Origin: Chloroflexota bacterium
Lineage (GTDB): Bacteria > Chloroflexota > Limnocylindria > Limnocylindrales > Limnocylindraceae
DNA length: 64,000 nt
NCBI GenBank assembly: GCA_003670745.1
Contig: QWQR01000001.1
Span: 3,265 to 67,264, forward strand
Direction: 5' to 3'
Every line of letters begins with the position of its first letter. Positions within the stretch are counted from its first letter, which is position 1. Below are positions 16,560-29,563 of this stretch, piece by piece. A program made the translations under genes and the position numbers. The notes under the pieces were generated by a model. The model saw only the letters and a program-made list of their open reading frames with translations, did not search any database and was not told the DNA's origin.

Positions 16560-16933
16560 CCGATGTGCAGGCGGTAGCCGGCCGCGTCGAGTAGCGCGTC
16601 GAGTTCGGCGGTGTTGGGAATCTCGACCTCAAGGAGCCAGCCGCGACCGTACGGATCGGCGTTGATGCTGGCAGGGTCGGCGCTTAGCGCATCATTCTTC
16701 GCGGTGATCGTTCCACTGATTGGGCTGTAGAGATCGCTCACCGCCTTTACCGACTCAATCGCGCCGAAGACCTTGAACTGGCTGAGTGGGCTGCCGACGG
16801 CGGGGAGGTCAACGAACACCACGTCGCCAAGCTCATCGGCGGCGTGGGCGGTGATGCCGATGACCGCGTGCGTCCCAGTGAGGCGCACCCACTCATGCTC
16901 CTTGGAGTAGCGGAGCTCGTCTGGCACCGACAT
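16556..16933 (-). CDS. gcvH: Glycine cleavage system protein H
   Basis: 125 aa with the lipoyl-lysine motif ESVKAVSDLYSP. Confidence 0.95.
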   Translation of the reverse strand: MSVPDELRYSKEHEWVRLTGTHAVIGITAHAADELGDVVFVDLPAVGSPLSQFKVFGAIESVKAVSDLYSPISGTITAKNDALSADPASINADPYGRGWLLEVEIPNTAELDALLDAAGYRLHIG

Positions 16934-17011
16934 TGCGCACCTCCATCATTTCGTGAGCCATCTACGACAACCTGTAATAAGTAGGGTAAGCGCCCGCGTC
17001 GATCCCTGCCC

Positions 17012-18148
17012 TTAGTGCGAGCCGCGCCTCGTGGGGCGCTGAATGAATGGTACGGGAGTCACCTCGGCGGCGATCCACTCCCCGCGCACCTCGACCTCAA
17101 CGGTGCGGCCCTGATCCCAGGGGCCAGCCTCCCCTGCAAGATCCGCAAGGGCGATCGCTGCGCCGACGCTGGGAGCGTGCGTCCCCGATGTGACACTTCC
17201 GATCACCGCTCCGCCTGGGAGGCGCACCGCATAGCCGTGTCGGGCGATCCCGCGGCCCGTGACGCGTAGGCCGACGAGGCGCCTGCCAGCGATTTCGCCC
17301 GCCATGCTGCGCGCCGTGAGCGCCGCGCGACCAACGAAGTCACCGCTCTTTTCTAGGCGCACCACGCGGCCGAGCCCAACGTCATACGGGGTCAACTCGC
17401 GTCGCAACTCGTTTCCGTAGAGCGGCATCCCCGCCTCGAGACGAAGGGTGTCACGGGCGCCGAGACCAATCGGAAGGGCGCCGAGTGGTGCGCCGGCTGC
17501 CAGGAGCTCGCGCCAGAGTCCCGGCGCAGCAGCGGCGGCGGCATAGATCTCAAATCCATCCTCGCCGGTGTAGCCGGTGCGGGCGATGAGCGCAGCGACC
17601 TTCGCTGTGCCGACTCGACCAGCGAGTGCCGCGTACCCGCGCAGGTCGCCGAGCGCCGAGGCGTCGTCGAGGGCGACCAGCGGCGCGAGGATCTCGAGGC
17701 TACGAGGGCCCTGGATCGCGATCATCGCCGTCTCGTCGCTCAGGTCGCGCACCGTCGCAGACGCGCCGATTCGTTCGCGCAAGGCGGCGACGACCACGGC
17801 GCGATTCGATGCATTCGCCACCACAAGCCAACGCTCGGCCGCAGTGCGGTATACGACGAGGTCGTCGAGCATCCCCCCGCGATCGTCAACGATGATGCTG
17901 TACTGGGCGCGACCGAGCACAAGGCGCGATGGCTCAGAGACCAGCGCTGCGTCGAGCGCAGCACCGGCGCCAGGTCCCGTGACCTCGATCTCGCCCATGT
18001 GTGAGAGGTCGAAGAGCCCCGCAGCAGAGCGCACCGCGCGATGCTCCTCGATCACCCCGCTGTACTGCACCGGCATCTCCCACCCTGCGAAGTCGACCAT
18101 TCGCGCGCCGAGCGCACGGTGCTCGTCGTAGAGCGGCGTGCGTAGCAC
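17012..18148 (-). CDS. gcvT: Glycine cleavage system aminomethyltransferase T
   Basis: 378 aa, LRTPLYDEHRALGARMVDFAGWEMPVQY. The GTG start abuts the NUDIX stop. Confidence 0.95.
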   Translation of the reverse strand: MLRTPLYDEHRALGARMVDFAGWEMPVQYSGVIEEHRAVRSAAGLFDLSHMGEIEVTGPGAGAALDAALVSEPSRLVLGRAQYSIIVDDRGGMLDDLVVYRTAAERWLVVANASNRAVVVAALRERIGASATVRDLSDETAMIAIQGPRSLEILAPLVALDDASALGDLRGYAALAGRVGTAKVAALIARTGYTGEDGFEIYAAAAAAPGLWRELLAAGAPLGALPIGLGARDTLRLEAGMPLYGNELRRELTPYDVGLGRVVRLEKSGDFVGRAALTARSMAGEIAGRRLVGLRVTGRGIARHGYAVRLPGGAVIGSVTSGTHAPSVGAAIALADLAGEAGPWDQGRTVEVEVRGEWIAAEVTPVPFIQRPTRRGSH

Positions 18149-18592
18149 CTATCCGCCGATCTGCGCGTAGGCGCGCTCCACCAGCGCCGACTCCGTCTTA
18201 AAGTCGAGGAGTCGGACCGCCTCGTCCATAGGGACCCAACGCAACTCTTCAAACTCGTGATCGAAGTTCTCGAAGCTCCCTCCGATCGCCTCCATGATGT
18301 AGTAGTGGACCGTCTTCTCGATCCGCTCGCCGGCACGGCTGAACGCGTAGAAGATCGCGTCGTAATAGGAGAGGATCTTCACCTCGAGTCCGGTCTCCTC
18401 GCGCACCTCGCGAACGGCGGTCTCCTCGCGCGTCTCTCCCTCCTCCGGCGTCCCCTTCGGGAGCGACCAGACGTAGCCGTCGCGCTCGCGACGACGGCGT
18501 CCGAGGACGAGTTCGGGGCGCCCGTTCTCTACACGGATGACAAGGCCGCCTGCTGAGACGGCGATACGCTTCACCTGCGGCATCTCCCACAC
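18149..18592 (-). CDS. NUDIX hydrolase
   Basis: Nudix box GTPEEGETREETAVREVREETGL. The likely start is the ATG at 18583, after AAGAGGTG. Confidence 0.88.
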   Translation of the reverse strand: MWEMPQVKRIAVSAGGLVIRVENGRPELVLGRRRRERDGYVWSLPKGTPEEGETREETAVREVREETGLEVKILSYYDAIFYAFSRAGERIEKTVHYYIMEAIGGSFENFDHEFEELRWVPMDEAVRLLDFKTESALVERAYAQIGG

Positions 18593-18746
18593 CTCTTTGT
18601 TGCACGAAGCGGGCCCTGCGACCCATCACACTGATGGTAGTCCCGCCGCCGCCAGCGTGCGTCGCCACGCTCGCGCTACCCTACGGAGAGCGACGCCCGT
18701 CACGCAGCGCTGCGCGTGCGATCGCGCTGGTAGAAGAGGAGGGATC

Positions 18747-21404
<2,658 letters not shown>

Positions 21405-21445
21405 CCCAGAGCCCGCAGCGCGTAGCAGCATCTCGGCGGCGGAAG

Positions 21446-21522
<77 letters not shown>

Positions 21523-21534
21523 GAGGGGCGGATT

Positions 21535-21777
21535 CTAGACGAGTCGCCTCAGGAACTGCAGCGCAAGCATCGCAACGAGCGGCGACCAATCGATCGATCC
21601 CCCACCTGGGAGGATGCGACGCAAGGGGGCGAGGATCGGCTCGCTCAGCTCGTGCACCAGCCGCGTCGCAGCGTAGCGCCCCTCGCGGTCAAACCACGAG
21701 GCAAGGACGCGCAAGAGCACGATCCACCAGAGCGCCGTCAGGGCGAGGTCGATGCCGTTGCGCAGTGAGAACTCCAT
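21535..21777 (-). CDS. YggT-family membrane protein
   Basis: 80 aa with two hydrophobic helices, in the typical position after yggS in the ftsZ-distal dcw region. Confidence 0.7.
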   Translation of the reverse strand: MEFSLRNGIDLALTALWWIVLLRVLASWFDREGRYAATRLVHELSEPILAPLRRILPGGGSIDWSPLVAMLALQFLRRLV

Positions 21778-21786
21778 CTCTAGATC

Positions 21787-22503
21787 CTACGCCCGCGCCC
21801 CAAAGATTGCGGAGCCGAGGCGGACCTGCGTCGACCCCTCCTCAACCGCAACCTCGTAATCCCCGCTCATCCCCATCGAGAGGAGTGGTCCGATCGTGAA
21901 CCCTGCGCTCGCGGCCGCGGGGCGCACGTCGGCGGATACGCTGCGCAGCGCCGTGAAGGTCGCACGCGCCTCCTCCGGGGTGGCAACGATCCGGCCAACG
22001 GTGAAGAGGCCGTCGATGATCACGCCGCCGCCCCCAACGGCCGCCCCGATCGCTGGAAGTGCGGCGCGCAACGCAGCGGCGCTGAAGCCGGCCTTGGCGG
22101 GGTCGTCGTCGACGTTGACTTGGATCGCCACGTGCAGCTCCTTCGCCGCCTCGCGTGCCGCGCGCACGAGAGCCTCAAGCAACTCAATCCGATCGACGCT
22201 TGAGATTCGATCGGCGACGGCAACGGCGCGACGCACCTTGTTCGACTGCAGCGGGCCGATGAGTTCCCAACGAACCGACGCGGTAGGCCTAAGCCCCTGC
22301 AGTGCGGCGCGCTTCTCCTCGAGCTCCTGCACCCGGTTCTCACCGAAGGAGGTGACGCCTGCATCGAGCAGTTCAACGAGGCGCTCAGCGGCGACGGTCT
22401 TGCTCACCACGAGCAGCTCGACGGCGTCGGCGCTTCGTCCGCTGCGCGCGGCGGCAGCCGTGATGCGCGCCTTGGCTGATTGGATCTGCGCTGTGGGGTT
22501 CAT
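21787..22503 (-). CDS. yggS: YggS-family PLP-binding homeostasis protein
   Basis: 238 aa, LLVVSKTV...FGENRVQE...HMIG-like layout (alanine racemase N-terminal fold). Lies downstream of ftsZ. Confidence 0.85.
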   Translation of the reverse strand: MNPTAQIQSAKARITAAAARSGRSADAVELLVVSKTVAAERLVELLDAGVTSFGENRVQELEEKRAALQGLRPTASVRWELIGPLQSNKVRRAVAVADRISSVDRIELLEALVRAAREAAKELHVAIQVNVDDDPAKAGFSAAALRAALPAIGAAVGGGGVIIDGLFTVGRIVATPEEARATFTALRSVSADVRPAAASAGFTIGPLLSMGMSGDYEVAVEEGSTQVRLGSAIFGARA

Positions 22504-22527
22504 TCCGCCGGGGCGCGAGGGGCGGCG

Positions 22528-23772
22528 TTAGCCGCGGCGGCGAAGGAAGGCAGGGATCTCCAAGTCGATCGACTCAACGCCAGCGCTTGACTCACTTGGG
22601 GCGTCCCCACCCCGATCTTCGTCGCGGGGCGACTGGTCAGAGACGCTACGGCCGTTGCGATCATCTGTCGACCACGCATCGGCTGGCCAGGAGGTCGCAG
22701 ATGGAGGTGGCGCGATCGGTTCAGCGCTCGGCGGGCGCTGGCTCCACGACGGAGCCGCAAGCTTTGCTGGCGCAAGGGGGCGCGCCGCTGGCGTTGCGCC
22801 GAAGCGCTGCTCGGCGGTGATCTCCTCGACGGGTCGGAAGCCGGTGGCGATGACCGTGATCTGGATTTCGTCGGCGAGGCTCTCGTCGATGGTGGTGCCG
22901 AAGATGATGTTCGCCTCGGGGTCGGCACGCTCGGTGATGTGATTGATCGCCTCGTTCACCTCATGAAGGGTGACGGTAGACGCCGCTGCAACGTTCACCA
23001 GCACGCCAGTGGCACCACGAATGTCGACCTCGAGGAGCGGCGACTCAATCGCCTGCTCAGCAGCGGCGCGCGCGCGTGCCTCACCGCTCGCGCGGCCGAT
23101 CCCCATGAGCGCTGTTCCAGCGTCCTTCATGATCGTGCGCACGTCGGCGAAGTCGAGGTTGATGTCGCCAGGGACGGTGATGATGTCGCTTACCCCCTGC
23201 ACGCCCTGACGCAGCACGTCGTCGGCGATGCGGAACGAGTCGACCATCGAGGTCTGGCGGCTCACGATATTGAGGAGCCGCTCGTTTGGAATGACAATCA
23301 GCGTGTCGACGTACTTGCGCAGCTCGTTCGCCGCCGCGTCAGCCACAAAAGCGCGCTTACGCCCCTCAAAGGCGAACGGCTTCGTGATGATGCCGATCGT
23401 TAGGGCGCCGAGCTCCTTGGCAATCTTTGCGACCACGGGGGCGGCGCCAGATCCGGTGCCACCGCCCATGCCGGCGGTGACGAAGACGAGGTCAGAGCCC
23501 TCAAGGGCGGTGCGCAGGTTCTCAACATCTTCGTGGGCGGCGCGCTCGCCAACCCCAGAGTCGCCCCCGGCGCCAAGGCCGCGAGAGATCGCGTCACCGA
23601 TGCGGATGCGCACCGGCGCGTTCGACTTCATCAACGCCTGCGCATCGGTGTTCACCGCGATGAACTCGACGCCGAGCAACTCGGCACGGATCATGCGGTT
23701 GACAGCATTAGAGCCGGCGCCACCGACGCCGACCACACGGATGATCGCGAAGTTTTCAGTCTGCGATCGCAT
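22528..23772 (-). CDS. ftsZ: Cell division GTPase FtsZ
   Basis: The ATG at 23772 follows GGAGG. Motifs [10 protein letters not shown] and [11 protein letters not shown] are present, and the C-terminal peptide is [12 protein letters not shown]. Confidence 0.96.
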   Translation of the reverse strand: MRSQTENFAIIRVVGVGGAGSNAVNRMIRAELLGVEFIAVNTDAQALMKSNAPVRIRIGDAISRGLGAGGDSGVGERAAHEDVENLRTALEGSDLVFVTAGMGGGTGSGAAPVVAKIAKELGALTIGIITKPFAFEGRKRAFVADAAANELRKYVDTLIVIPNERLLNIVSRQTSMVDSFRIADDVLRQGVQGVSDIITVPGDINLDFADVRTIMKDAGTALMGIGRASGEARARAAAEQAIESPLLEVDIRGATGVLVNVAAASTVTLHEVNEAINHITERADPEANIIFGTTIDESLADEIQITVIATGFRPVEEITAEQRFGATPAARPLAPAKLAAPSWSQRPPSAEPIAPPPSATSWPADAWSTDDRNGRSVSDQSPRDEDRGGDAPSESSAGVESIDLEIPAFLRRRG

Positions 23773-23901
23773 ATCCGGCCTGGACCTCCGGTCCCTTATC
23801 CCGACGTCGCCGCGCCTCAGGGTTACCCCCAAGGGAGCAGGCGCCTCCCCGTCGGTTTTGCGGAGTGTAGCAGCGGCGCGGTGACATCTCAGCCACGGGC
23901 G

Positions 23902-25143
23902 CTAGCGACGGAACCGCCCGAGGACGCCCTTGGCGGCGGCGGCGATCCGACCGCCCGCACCAGCCGACGGCTCCTCGACAACCCCCATCTCACCCATCCC
24001 CTTGGCAACCCAAGAGAAGAGGCCGAGGATGGCTGCCTGCTGGGGCCCGCGGAAGTCGTCAAGGAGTCCCATGACGGGGCCCTCTGGGGCGGCGACCCGC
24101 ACCGGGGCGCGCAAGATCTCACGTGCGAGCACGTCGATCCCTTGGAGCTGCGCCCCGCCACCGGTCAACACCACTCCTGCGCTCGTCGCCTCAGGGCCGG
24201 CTGCGGCAACCACGCCGCTCACCATCTCAAGGAGCTCGCGCATGCGCGCTTCGATGATGCGGGCGAGCTCAAGTCGGTCGATGCGTCGGCCGCCCGGCTC
24301 GTCGGGGACCGTGTACTGCTCGTTGAGCGAGACGGTACGAAGGTCACACGTTCCGTAGTTCACCTTCAACTCCTCGGCCGCGGCGAGGCTGGTCTTCAGT
24401 CCGATCGCAACGTCGCGCGTGACGAACGCCGCGCCGATCGGCAGCACCGCCGAGTGCACGACGGCGTTCAGGTGGAAGACGGCGATGTCGCACGTCTCAG
24501 CACCGATGTCGACGAGCACCGTGCCCAGCTCGCGCTCCGTCTCCGAGAGCGTCAGCTCCGAAGCGGCGAGCGATGCGGGGACGAACTCGTCAACGGAGAT
24601 CCCCGCCGCCTGCACGCACTTCTCGAGGTTCTGCACCGCGGTCATCGAGGCGGTGATGAGATGCGCTCGCGCCTCGAGGCGATAGGCGATCATCCCGCGT
24701 GGCTGCTGGATCCCCTCTTGGCCATCAACGATGTATGACGATGGGAGGACGTTGAGGAGCATCCGCGAGCTCGGCACCTGGATCGCGCGGCAGACCTCGA
24801 GGACGCGATCGACATCGTCGTCGCGGATCTCACGATCGGGGCTCGCTACGGCAACCTGGCCCGAGGAGTTCTGCCCCTCGACGTGCGTTCCGGAGAGGGT
24901 GACGGCGGCATGCTCAATGCGGTAGCCGGAGAGTCGCTCCGCCTTCTCGACCGCCTCCTTGATCGCTGCGCCCGTCTTCTCGATGTCGGTTACGACACCG
25001 CGGCGCAGTCCGGTGTTAGCGGCGGTCCCCTTCCCGATGACGGAGATCGATCCGTTGTCGCCGCTGATGTGCGCGATCGCGCAGGCGACCTTAGAGGTCC
25101 CCACATCGATCACCGCGATCGTGGTGTAGCGCTCGTCTGTCAT
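23902..25143 (-). CDS. ftsA: Cell division protein FtsA
   Basis: 413 aa actin-like ATPase, IAVIDVGTSKVACAIA..., directly upstream of ftsZ. Confidence 0.93.
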   Translation of the reverse strand: MTDERYTTIAVIDVGTSKVACAIAHISGDNGSISVIGKGTAANTGLRRGVVTDIEKTGAAIKEAVEKAERLSGYRIEHAAVTLSGTHVEGQNSSGQVAVASPDREIRDDDVDRVLEVCRAIQVPSSRMLLNVLPSSYIVDGQEGIQQPRGMIAYRLEARAHLITASMTAVQNLEKCVQAAGISVDEFVPASLAASELTLSETERELGTVLVDIGAETCDIAVFHLNAVVHSAVLPIGAAFVTRDVAIGLKTSLAAAEELKVNYGTCDLRTVSLNEQYTVPDEPGGRRIDRLELARIIEARMRELLEMVSGVVAAAGPEATSAGVVLTGGGAQLQGIDVLAREILRAPVRVAAPEGPVMGLLDDFRGPQQAAILGLFSWVAKGMGEMGVVEEPSAGAGGRIAAAAKGVLGRFRR

Positions 25144-25261
25144 TGCTCTGATCCTCCCTCTCCCGTAACAGTTGCGGCGATCATACCCCCCAGATGGAGG
25201 TGCGAGTCGCGCCGTGCGACGCGCGGAGCGAACTGACCCAAGGTCTTCAACTGAGCGGATC

Positions 25262-26329
25262 TCATGGAGATGCTGTCGGGTTCACCGTGCTGCTGGGTGC
25301 AGGTGAAGGCGAGGGCGAAGGGGTTGCCCCGCCGCCTGCAGGGGGCGGTACCACCCCACGATCCGTGTAGGTGCCCGCGCGCGCGTCGGCGAGGATGATC
25401 CAGCCGATCCGCCCCTCGCCACGAGCCAGCAGGCTGCGCAGCAGGCGAACCTGTTCTGGGATCATCGTCGGTGGCCGTAGGTTGCTGGTGTACGTGCCGA
25501 AGACGGCGACCCATTCGGCATCAGCGGGCCCGCCGCGCGCGGTAAGGAGGATCCCCCAGTCTGGGTCGACGCGCAGCGCCACCTCCGTCGCCTCGCTGCC
25601 GAAGTCGCTCGGTACGAGCGAGGTGAGCCGAGTGGCCGCATCGAAGAGCGCCGCTGAGATGCTCCCGCCGAGCTCAATGGTGGCGTCGGCGCGGGCGTCG
25701 GTAATGAGCGGAAGCGCCCCGACGATAGACGCGGCGCTCGGGGCAAGCAGGGGTGAGTCGGCCGTTGCGACCACGCCCCCAGCACCATCAACAAGGTAGG
25801 TCACGCCGTTCGCCTCCCATTGAAGGAGCGGGGCGCGCTCCGCAATGTCGATCTGAATCGTTCCAGGGAGACCGGCACGCACGTGGACGCTCGCAATCAT
25901 CGGGAGCGCGCCGATCCCCACCTCGGCGCTACGCAGGCGCGCGGCGAGCAAGTTCTCGCCGGCGACGATCCCGGACGCGGCAACGATTGCGGTCGAATCA
26001 ACAAGGTTCGCACCAGAGACAGTGATCGTAGTGATCGGCAGAGAGCTCCCTGTAGCAACGGGGGCTGGCGCCACCACCGCCGCCAGGATGAGAAGCACGG
26101 CGGCGAGGCGACGCAGGAGCGTGATGACGCGCGGTGATGGGCTCAGCGCGACGGCGATGCGCTCGATCGGGCGTTGTCGTGGGCGTCGACCCCCCTCGAC
26201 CTTCGGCGTAACGGGGGTTGCCCCCGCTGCGCGCCGCGAGCCACCGAGTCCGGCGCGAACGCCAGGTGGCATCTCGTTCGGGCGAAAGGGGCGTGCCCCG
26301 TCACGTGGTGGGCGGTTAGCGCCACTCAT
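25262..26329 (-). CDS. ftsQ: Cell division protein FtsQ/DivIB-like
   Basis: 355 aa with an Arg/Pro-rich cytoplasmic N-terminus, one TM helix (LAAVLLILAAVVAPAPV), a POTRA-like region and a Pro/Ser-rich tail. The position between ddl and ftsA fits. Confidence 0.75.
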   Translation of the reverse strand: MSGANRPPRDGARPFRPNEMPPGVRAGLGGSRRAAGATPVTPKVEGGRRPRQRPIERIAVALSPSPRVITLLRRLAAVLLILAAVVAPAPVATGSSLPITTITVSGANLVDSTAIVAASGIVAGENLLAARLRSAEVGIGALPMIASVHVRAGLPGTIQIDIAERAPLLQWEANGVTYLVDGAGGVVATADSPLLAPSAASIVGALPLITDARADATIELGGSISAALFDAATRLTSLVPSDFGSEATEVALRVDPDWGILLTARGGPADAEWVAVFGTYTSNLRPPTMIPEQVRLLRSLLARGEGRIGWIILADARAGTYTDRGVVPPPAGGGATPSPSPSPAPSSTVNPTASP

Positions 26330-27444
26330 CGCTGGCTCTTTATAGGGCGGGCGACCGCGGTCTCGACGAGCAGCACACAGAGATCGGCAAACGAGATCCC
26401 TGCCGCCTCGACGAGCTTCGGATACAACGAGATCGGCGTGAAGCCTGGGAAGGTGTTCACCTCCGACATGAACCAGCCACTGCCGTCGCGCGGGGCGAGG
26501 AAGTCCAACCTGGCGAGGCCACGTCCGCCAGATGCGACGAAGAGCCTGCGCGCCGCGGCAAGAAGCTCGTTACGAAGTGTGGCGTCGAGCGCAGGCTCGG
26601 TGCTGGTGCGCGAGACCCCAGGGGCGTACTTCGCCTCGTAGTCGTAGAAGTCGTGACCAGGGAAGACCTCGCCAGGCCCGTAGGCTTCGACGCTACCGTC
26701 GGGGCGCTCCAAGAGCGCGACCTCAAGTTCGCGTGGACGCGCGAGGTACGGCTCGAGCAGGGCACGATCGCCGTACTCAAGGGCAAGGTCGACCGCCGCC
26801 GCCCACTCTGTTGGGGTACGCGCGATCTTCATGCCAATCGACGAACCGTGTGCGGCGGGCTTCCCCATCAGCGCACCATCAGGGGCGGCGCTACGAGCGA
26901 ACTGCTCAATCGCAGCACTCGTTCGCTCGCGACCGCCCGGCGCCTGCCACTCGGCGGCGCTCACGACGATGTGGGGCAGAACGGCAACGCCGATGCTCGC
27001 CGCGAGATCCTTGAAGCGCGGTTTATCCATGCCGAGCGCAGCAGCGGTGGGCTCCGCCCCCACGTAGTTGATCCCCGCGGTGGCGAGGAGTGCCTGTACC
27101 GCACCATCTTCGTCGCCTGGGCCGTGCAGCGCGGGGATTGCAACCACGCCTGGGGCCGCGAGGTGCTGCTCGCGCAGGAGCTCAGCAAGATCACGCGGAG
27201 GTGATGCGCCAAGTTCGCTCGCAGCGCCGGCAGCCGTATACGCCGCAGCTGGCCGCTCGCCGCGCAGGTGCCCCGCAGGAAGGAGTGAGCCGCTGCCATC
27301 ACGCGCGATGAGGAGCTGCGTCACGGCGGCACCACGACCGAGCAGCGCCGCAGCGATCGCACTCCCTGAGACGACCGAGACCTCAGCCTCGGCGCTCCTG
27401 CCGCCGTAGAGGAGCAGGATCGGCGGGAGTTCCTTTGCGCTCAT
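26326..27444 (-). CDS. ddl: D-alanine--D-alanine ligase
   Basis: 372 aa ATP-grasp protein with C-terminal ...FMSEVNTFPGFT. Confidence 0.92.
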   Translation of the reverse strand: MSAKELPPILLLYGGRSAEAEVSVVSGSAIAAALLGRGAAVTQLLIARDGSGSLLPAGHLRGERPAAAYTAAGAASELGASPPRDLAELLREQHLAAPGVVAIPALHGPGDEDGAVQALLATAGINYVGAEPTAAALGMDKPRFKDLAASIGVAVLPHIVVSAAEWQAPGGRERTSAAIEQFARSAAPDGALMGKPAAHGSSIGMKIARTPTEWAAAVDLALEYGDRALLEPYLARPRELEVALLERPDGSVEAYGPGEVFPGHDFYDYEAKYAPGVSRTSTEPALDATLRNELLAAARRLFVASGGRGLARLDFLAPRDGSGWFMSEVNTFPGFTPISLYPKLVEAAGISFADLCVLLVETAVARPIKSQR

Positions 27445-28412
27445 GATCGACTCGTGGGCGCATCGTCGCCGATGAAGACGATCTCGCTCTCCAGGTGAAC
27501 GCCAGCACTGCGCTGGACCTCACTGATGCAGAGGTCGTGCAGGGCACGAACATCGTTGGCGGTTGCCCCGCCACGGTTCAGGATCCAATTCGCATGCAGC
27601 AGCGAGATCTCAGCGCCGCCGATGTTCCGCCCCTTCAATCCCACCGCCTCAATGAGCGCGCCGGCGCTGAGCGACCCGGGCGGATTGCGGAAGACGCTCC
27701 CGGCGCTCGGCACGCCGAGCGGTTGGTGCTCACGACGCCACGTTCGAATCTCTTCGAGCCGCTCCTTGATCAACGCAGGCTCATCGTGACGAAGGGCGAA
27801 GGATGCGCCGAGCACCACACTCCCCGCCCCGGCTGCGTGCTTGAGCTGCGAGTCGCGATAGCTGAAGGCGAGGCTTGCAGCGGCGACCTCCTCCTCGCTC
27901 CCATCGGGGCGAAGGATCGTCGCCGAGCGCAACACGTCCGCGATCTCTGCGCCATGCGCCCCAGCGTTCGCCCAGACGGCGCCGCCGATGTTTCCGGGAA
28001 TTGCCAGGGCGAACTCCATGCCGGTGAGCCCCGCGTCAGCGGCGAGGGTCGCCGCGCGCGCCATCGGCACGCCGGAGTCGAGGCGCATCTCGCCGCTCGC
28101 AGCGTCGACCTCGCTCGCCGCGCTGCGATTCAAGACGACGATCCCGCGCACGCCTCTGTCGGATACCACCACGTTGCTGCCACGCCCGAGCACCAGAAGC
28201 GGCCAACCGCGACTCGTCGCAAGGCGCACGATGCCGCGCAGGGCAAAGCGATCTTTTACCGTCACAAGCAGATCGGCGGGGCCGCCCACACGCATCGTGG
28301 TGTGGGACGCAAGTGGCTCGTCGCGCTCGGCGCGCAACCCGAGGCGACGCTCCATCTCGCGAGCGGCCTCGTCGCGCTGAGCCCATGCCCCCAACGCCAT
28401 CTTTTCACTCAT
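27441..28412 (-). CDS. murB: UDP-N-acetylenolpyruvoylglucosamine reductase
   Basis: 323 aa with an FAD-binding domain (HTTMRVGGPADLLV) and GSVFRNPPG. Confidence 0.93.
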   Translation of the reverse strand: MSEKMALGAWAQRDEAAREMERRLGLRAERDEPLASHTTMRVGGPADLLVTVKDRFALRGIVRLATSRGWPLLVLGRGSNVVVSDRGVRGIVVLNRSAASEVDAASGEMRLDSGVPMARAATLAADAGLTGMEFALAIPGNIGGAVWANAGAHGAEIADVLRSATILRPDGSEEEVAAASLAFSYRDSQLKHAAGAGSVVLGASFALRHDEPALIKERLEEIRTWRREHQPLGVPSAGSVFRNPPGSLSAGALIEAVGLKGRNIGGAEISLLHANWILNRGGATANDVRALHDLCISEVQRSAGVHLESEIVFIGDDAPTSRS

Positions 28413-29563
28413 CGCTGATCTCCCCGTACGCCCCGATCGGCGACGCCGCGCGCGCCGCTGCGCGGCGAGGCGATGCGCCGGAGGATCGTAGCGATCGCGT
28501 CGGCGGCGTCGGGTCGCGCGATTGATCGCGCTGCAGCTGCGGCAGCAGTACGTGCTGCTGGGGCGTGGAAGTGCTCAAGTGCTTCGGTGAGGCGCTCTGG
28601 CGTGCAATCTGCATCGTCGATGAGAAGCCCGGCGCCCGCCGCAACGAACGCCGCAGCATTCGCGCGCTGGTGACCGCCCGCATACGGATACGGCACGATC
28701 ACCGCGGGGAGCCCCGCCGCCGCCGCTTCGGCAATCGTCGAAGCGCCAGCGCGACCAAGGAGCAGGTCGGCGGCGAGGAGCGCCTCCTCCATCGCACCGC
28801 TCAAGAGCATCTCAACAGGGCGATAGCGATCACGAAGGTGCGCGGGCAACTCGGCGCGGCGTGCCTCTGCCGCCGCAATCCCATCGCCAACAGCGTGGAG
28901 CACACGCCAGCCGCTGAGTGTCGATTCAAGTGCGCCGTTCAGCGCCAACTCGAGGCGAAGCGCGCGCTGAGACCCACCGAAGGCGAGGAGGAGGAGCTCG
29001 CCGTCGCCGACGCCGAGGGCGCGGCGCGCGGCGGTGCGTGAGGTCGTCGTCAAGTCGCGCACGGGGGTGCCGGTGTGGTGGGTCGCGGCGTCACTCCACG
29101 GCGCATGAGCCCGCGTCGCCTCCCAGGCGACGGCGCGCTCGGTGGCGAGCCTGGCGACGAGTCGGTTGCTGCGCCCCGCGACGACGTTCCCCTCCCAAAG
29201 GAGGCTCGGCGTGCGCGTCAACGCCGCCGCAACCAGCACTGGGATCGCGATGTAGCCGCCGGTTGAGAAGACGACGTCGGGTTGCAGCCGGCGAATCAGC
29301 GCGATCGACTGCGGCAGCGAACGAACGAGCGCGATCACGTCCCGGGCAGCGGCGAGCGGGCCGGCACCTGCAGGTCGCAGGCTTGGAGCGGCGAGGAGCG
29401 TCAACGGAAACCCCTCAGCGGCGACGAGGCGCGACTCGATGCCGCGCCGCCCACCCACCCAGTGGATCTCAGCTGCGGGGTCGAGGCGACGGAGCGTACG
29501 GGCTACGGCGAACCCGGGGAAGAGATGTCCCCCGGTCCCGCCGCCCGCGATCAGCACGCGCAT
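28409..29563 (-). CDS. murG: Lipid II GlcNAc transferase MurG
   Basis: The ATG at 29563 follows TGGAGGTACTG, giving MRVLIAGGGTGGHLFPG. The track ORF start (29656) is an artefact. Confidence 0.93.
   Translation of the reverse strand: MRVLIAGGGTGGHLFPGFAVARTLRRLDPAAEIHWVGGRRGIESRLVAAEGFPLTLLAAPSLRPAGAGPLAAARDVIALVRSLPQSIALIRRLQPDVVFSTGGYIAIPVLVAAALTRTPSLLWEGNVVAGRSNRLVARLATERAVAWEATRAHAPWSDAATHHTGTPVRDLTTTSRTAARRALGVGDGELLLLAFGGSQRALRLELALNGALESTLSGWRVLHAVGDGIAAAEARRAELPAHLRDRYRPVEMLLSGAMEEALLAADLLLGRAGASTIAEAAAAGLPAVIVPYPYAGGHQRANAAAFVAAGAGLLIDDADCTPERLTEALEHFHAPAARTAAAAAARSIARPDAADAIATILRRIASPRSGARGVADRGVRGDQR

Noticed and set aside
18593-18746. Looked for a glycine riboswitch upstream of the NUDIX-gcvT-gcvH operon
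   Set aside because: The leader has no GGAGAG...ACCGAAGGGGCAA-type conserved cores on the minus strand. The region looks like a plain divergent promoter region shared with acnA. A cmsearch with RF00504 would be the decisive check.
27023-27030. DnaA-box-like TTATCCAT, checked because parAB often flank oriC
   Set aside because: It is a single imperfect box inside the ddl coding sequence. I saw no cluster of boxes and no AT-rich unwinding element anywhere in the window.
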